Shown here: positions 62,641-64,000 of the stretch, in pieces
Layout: each line of letters starts with the position of its first letter
Numbering within the stretch: position 1 is the first letter of the stretch
Assembly (NCBI GenBank): GCA_965237525.1
Contig: CBDEFO010000008.1
Location: 64,001 to 128,000 of the forward strand
Direction of reading: 5' to 3'
Source: Candidatus Latescibacterota bacterium
GTDB taxonomy: Bacteria > Latescibacterota > CBDEFO01
Length of the DNA: 64,000 bases
Position numbers and translations under genes: made by a program
Notes under the pieces: generated by a model
What the model was told of the DNA's origin: nothing
The model's database searches: none
What the model saw: the letters and a program-made list of their open reading frames with translations, nothing else

Positions 62641-62708
62641 GTGGAGAAAACAATTTTATCGGCTACCCCAGGTTGCTTAATCGGTGTCGCTTTCCAGGGG
62701 AGCACTAC
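62641..62708 (+). mobile_element. Isolated 3' end of an IS3 element related to 17790..19074
   Basis: GTGGAGAAAACAATTTTATC...CCCCAGGTTGCTTAATCGGTGTCGCTTTCC aligns with the reverse complement of 17791-17858. Confidence 0.85.
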
Positions 62709-62882
62709 CAAGAACTACTTGGCCATCGCGATTACTCTACCAACCTAAGTATGGTCACCTTGCGCGTGGACACGTCAAGGACTTGACCACTGGAAGACCT
62801 TAGAAGGCGGAAAAATCGTATATTCGGAGTCGGAAGTTGATCCATGAATCTGCTCATCAATTTATCATGATAGTAGACATTA

Positions 62883-64000
62883 GAAGCCTTGTGAAATAGT
62901 TATGTCCCAGGCAGCGTCTGAAGCGCCGATTATGGGTCAAAGAGTAGCATATCGTATCGTTTTGCTGTGGAATAAGCAAAATAGTCTTATCAGAGTTCTG
63001 GTCAGCAAGGAATAGGAGCTGTTTGAAGAACAGGATGCACTGTCTTTGACAGACAGGGCACACATAGACGCTTTCCCCCTTCTTATGAAAGATACAAGCC
63101 TCTTGAGATTCTGTACTGTTGCAACAAGATTCAACTGTTCATTCAGTGAGGCTGGTCCTCTATAACGGGCTCGTCCCATACCGTGTTGTTGCCTGGCTTC
63201 AGCAAAGATATGTTCACTGCGTTTACGGAGTCTCCGGGAGAGTTTGTAGTCAGCTGTTAATGAGATAGACCGTGCATGATTTCTGGCTTTCGCCTCTCGC
63301 ACTTTTCTATCCCGTTCGGCCTGAATATGTGCTGAATTTGTCTTGTTTTTCCATGTAGGAATCGGTTCAATCTTCTCATCGGCTCGCAGAGGAATATGGG
63401 GTATGATTCCCCGGTCAAGTACATCAGCGATAAAATTACCAGAACCGTAACCGGTATCGGCACTAAGTGTCTGAATGTCTTTGGGCATGGTGTATGTTTC
63501 AAGGTCATCTACCATCTTAAGGGCACTTTCGGGCTCTGCTGTCCCTGTCGCCTGCGTGCCCTGAGTCTCAAGGATTACTCTGCTTTTTGTGTCGATCAGA
63601 TCATGGCCCATAAACGAGAGAAAAGCCCCTTTGCCCTTCGATTTGCTGTATAAGCGCGCGTCGGGGTCTGTAGTCGAACGGTGTGTTTGGTTCGTCCACT
63701 TTTCACCATGAAAGTCTTTATCCTGAGGATGCCCGGACCTACCCTTTGTCTTATCACCTTCAAAACCGATTCCCTTGAGATAATCATCAAGAGAAACAGG
63801 GGGTTCTATCGGCTCAATACTTTTCACTGAAGCATCAGCTTGTATCTGAGTGCCGTCGACACTAAGGTGTTTACCGCTCACAAGACCGACATCTATGCAA
63901 CACTGGACTACCTGACGCATTATCCGTTCAAACAACCCACTGGATGCCCACTTGTGATTGCGAAGCTTGTTGATCGTGCTCCTATCCGGAACCGCATCAT
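62883..64000 (-). mobile_element. IS1182-family insertion sequence, copy 2 (runs off the window)
   Basis: Near-identical reverse complement of about 41892-43009; same right end followed by TAA. Confidence 0.95.
62937..64000 (-). CDS. IS1182 transposase, 5' partial, frame intact in the visible part
   Basis: Same protein as copy 1, but reads through RKVREAK. Confidence 0.92.
   Translation of the reverse strand, partial: DAVPDRSTINKLRNHKWASSGLFERIMRQVVQCCIDVGLVSGKHLSVDGTQIQADASVKSIEPIEPPVSLDDYLKGIGFEGDKTKGRSGHPQDKDFHGEKWTNQTHRSTTDPDARLYSKSKGKGAFLSFMGHDLIDTKSRVILETQGTQATGTAEPESALKMVDDLETYTMPKDIQTLSADTGYGSGNFIADVLDRGIIPHIPLRADEKIEPIPTWKNKTNSAHIQAERDRKVREAKARNHARSISLTADYKLSRRLRKRSEHIFAEARQQHGMGRARYRGPASLNEQLNLVATVQNLKRLVSFIRRGKASMCALSVKDSASCSSNSSYSLLTRTLIRLFCLFHSKTIRYATL

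Overview
Bacterial chromosomal window, about 50% GC. The gene content (CRTAC1/ASPIC-UnbV, DUF6785-type membrane proteins, DUF1844, a peptidase-TolB-Omp85-like protein) suggests an uncultured diderm such as Latescibacterota/FCB; this is inference only. It holds housekeeping genes (tilS-ftsH-folP, comM/yifB, manA, speE, tRNA-Glu), many accessory metabolic genes, an ABC-ATPase + DUF3226 pair, an incomplete opp/dpp operon, four IS elements or remnants plus an IS end, and many broken genes. The most striking unexplained structure is a 19-bp imperfect palindrome, consensus CCCGAT-W-GA-N-TC-W-ATCGGG, found 14 times. In 12 of 14 cases it sits exactly in the centre of a TCGA or CCGG tetranucleotide with no target duplication. 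It disrupts or truncates genes, lies inside an IS transposase and a tRNA leader, and is nested inside a mutated copy of itself. It looks like a very small, target-specific mobile element whose mobilising enzyme is not in this window. All coordinates and alignments were read by eye.
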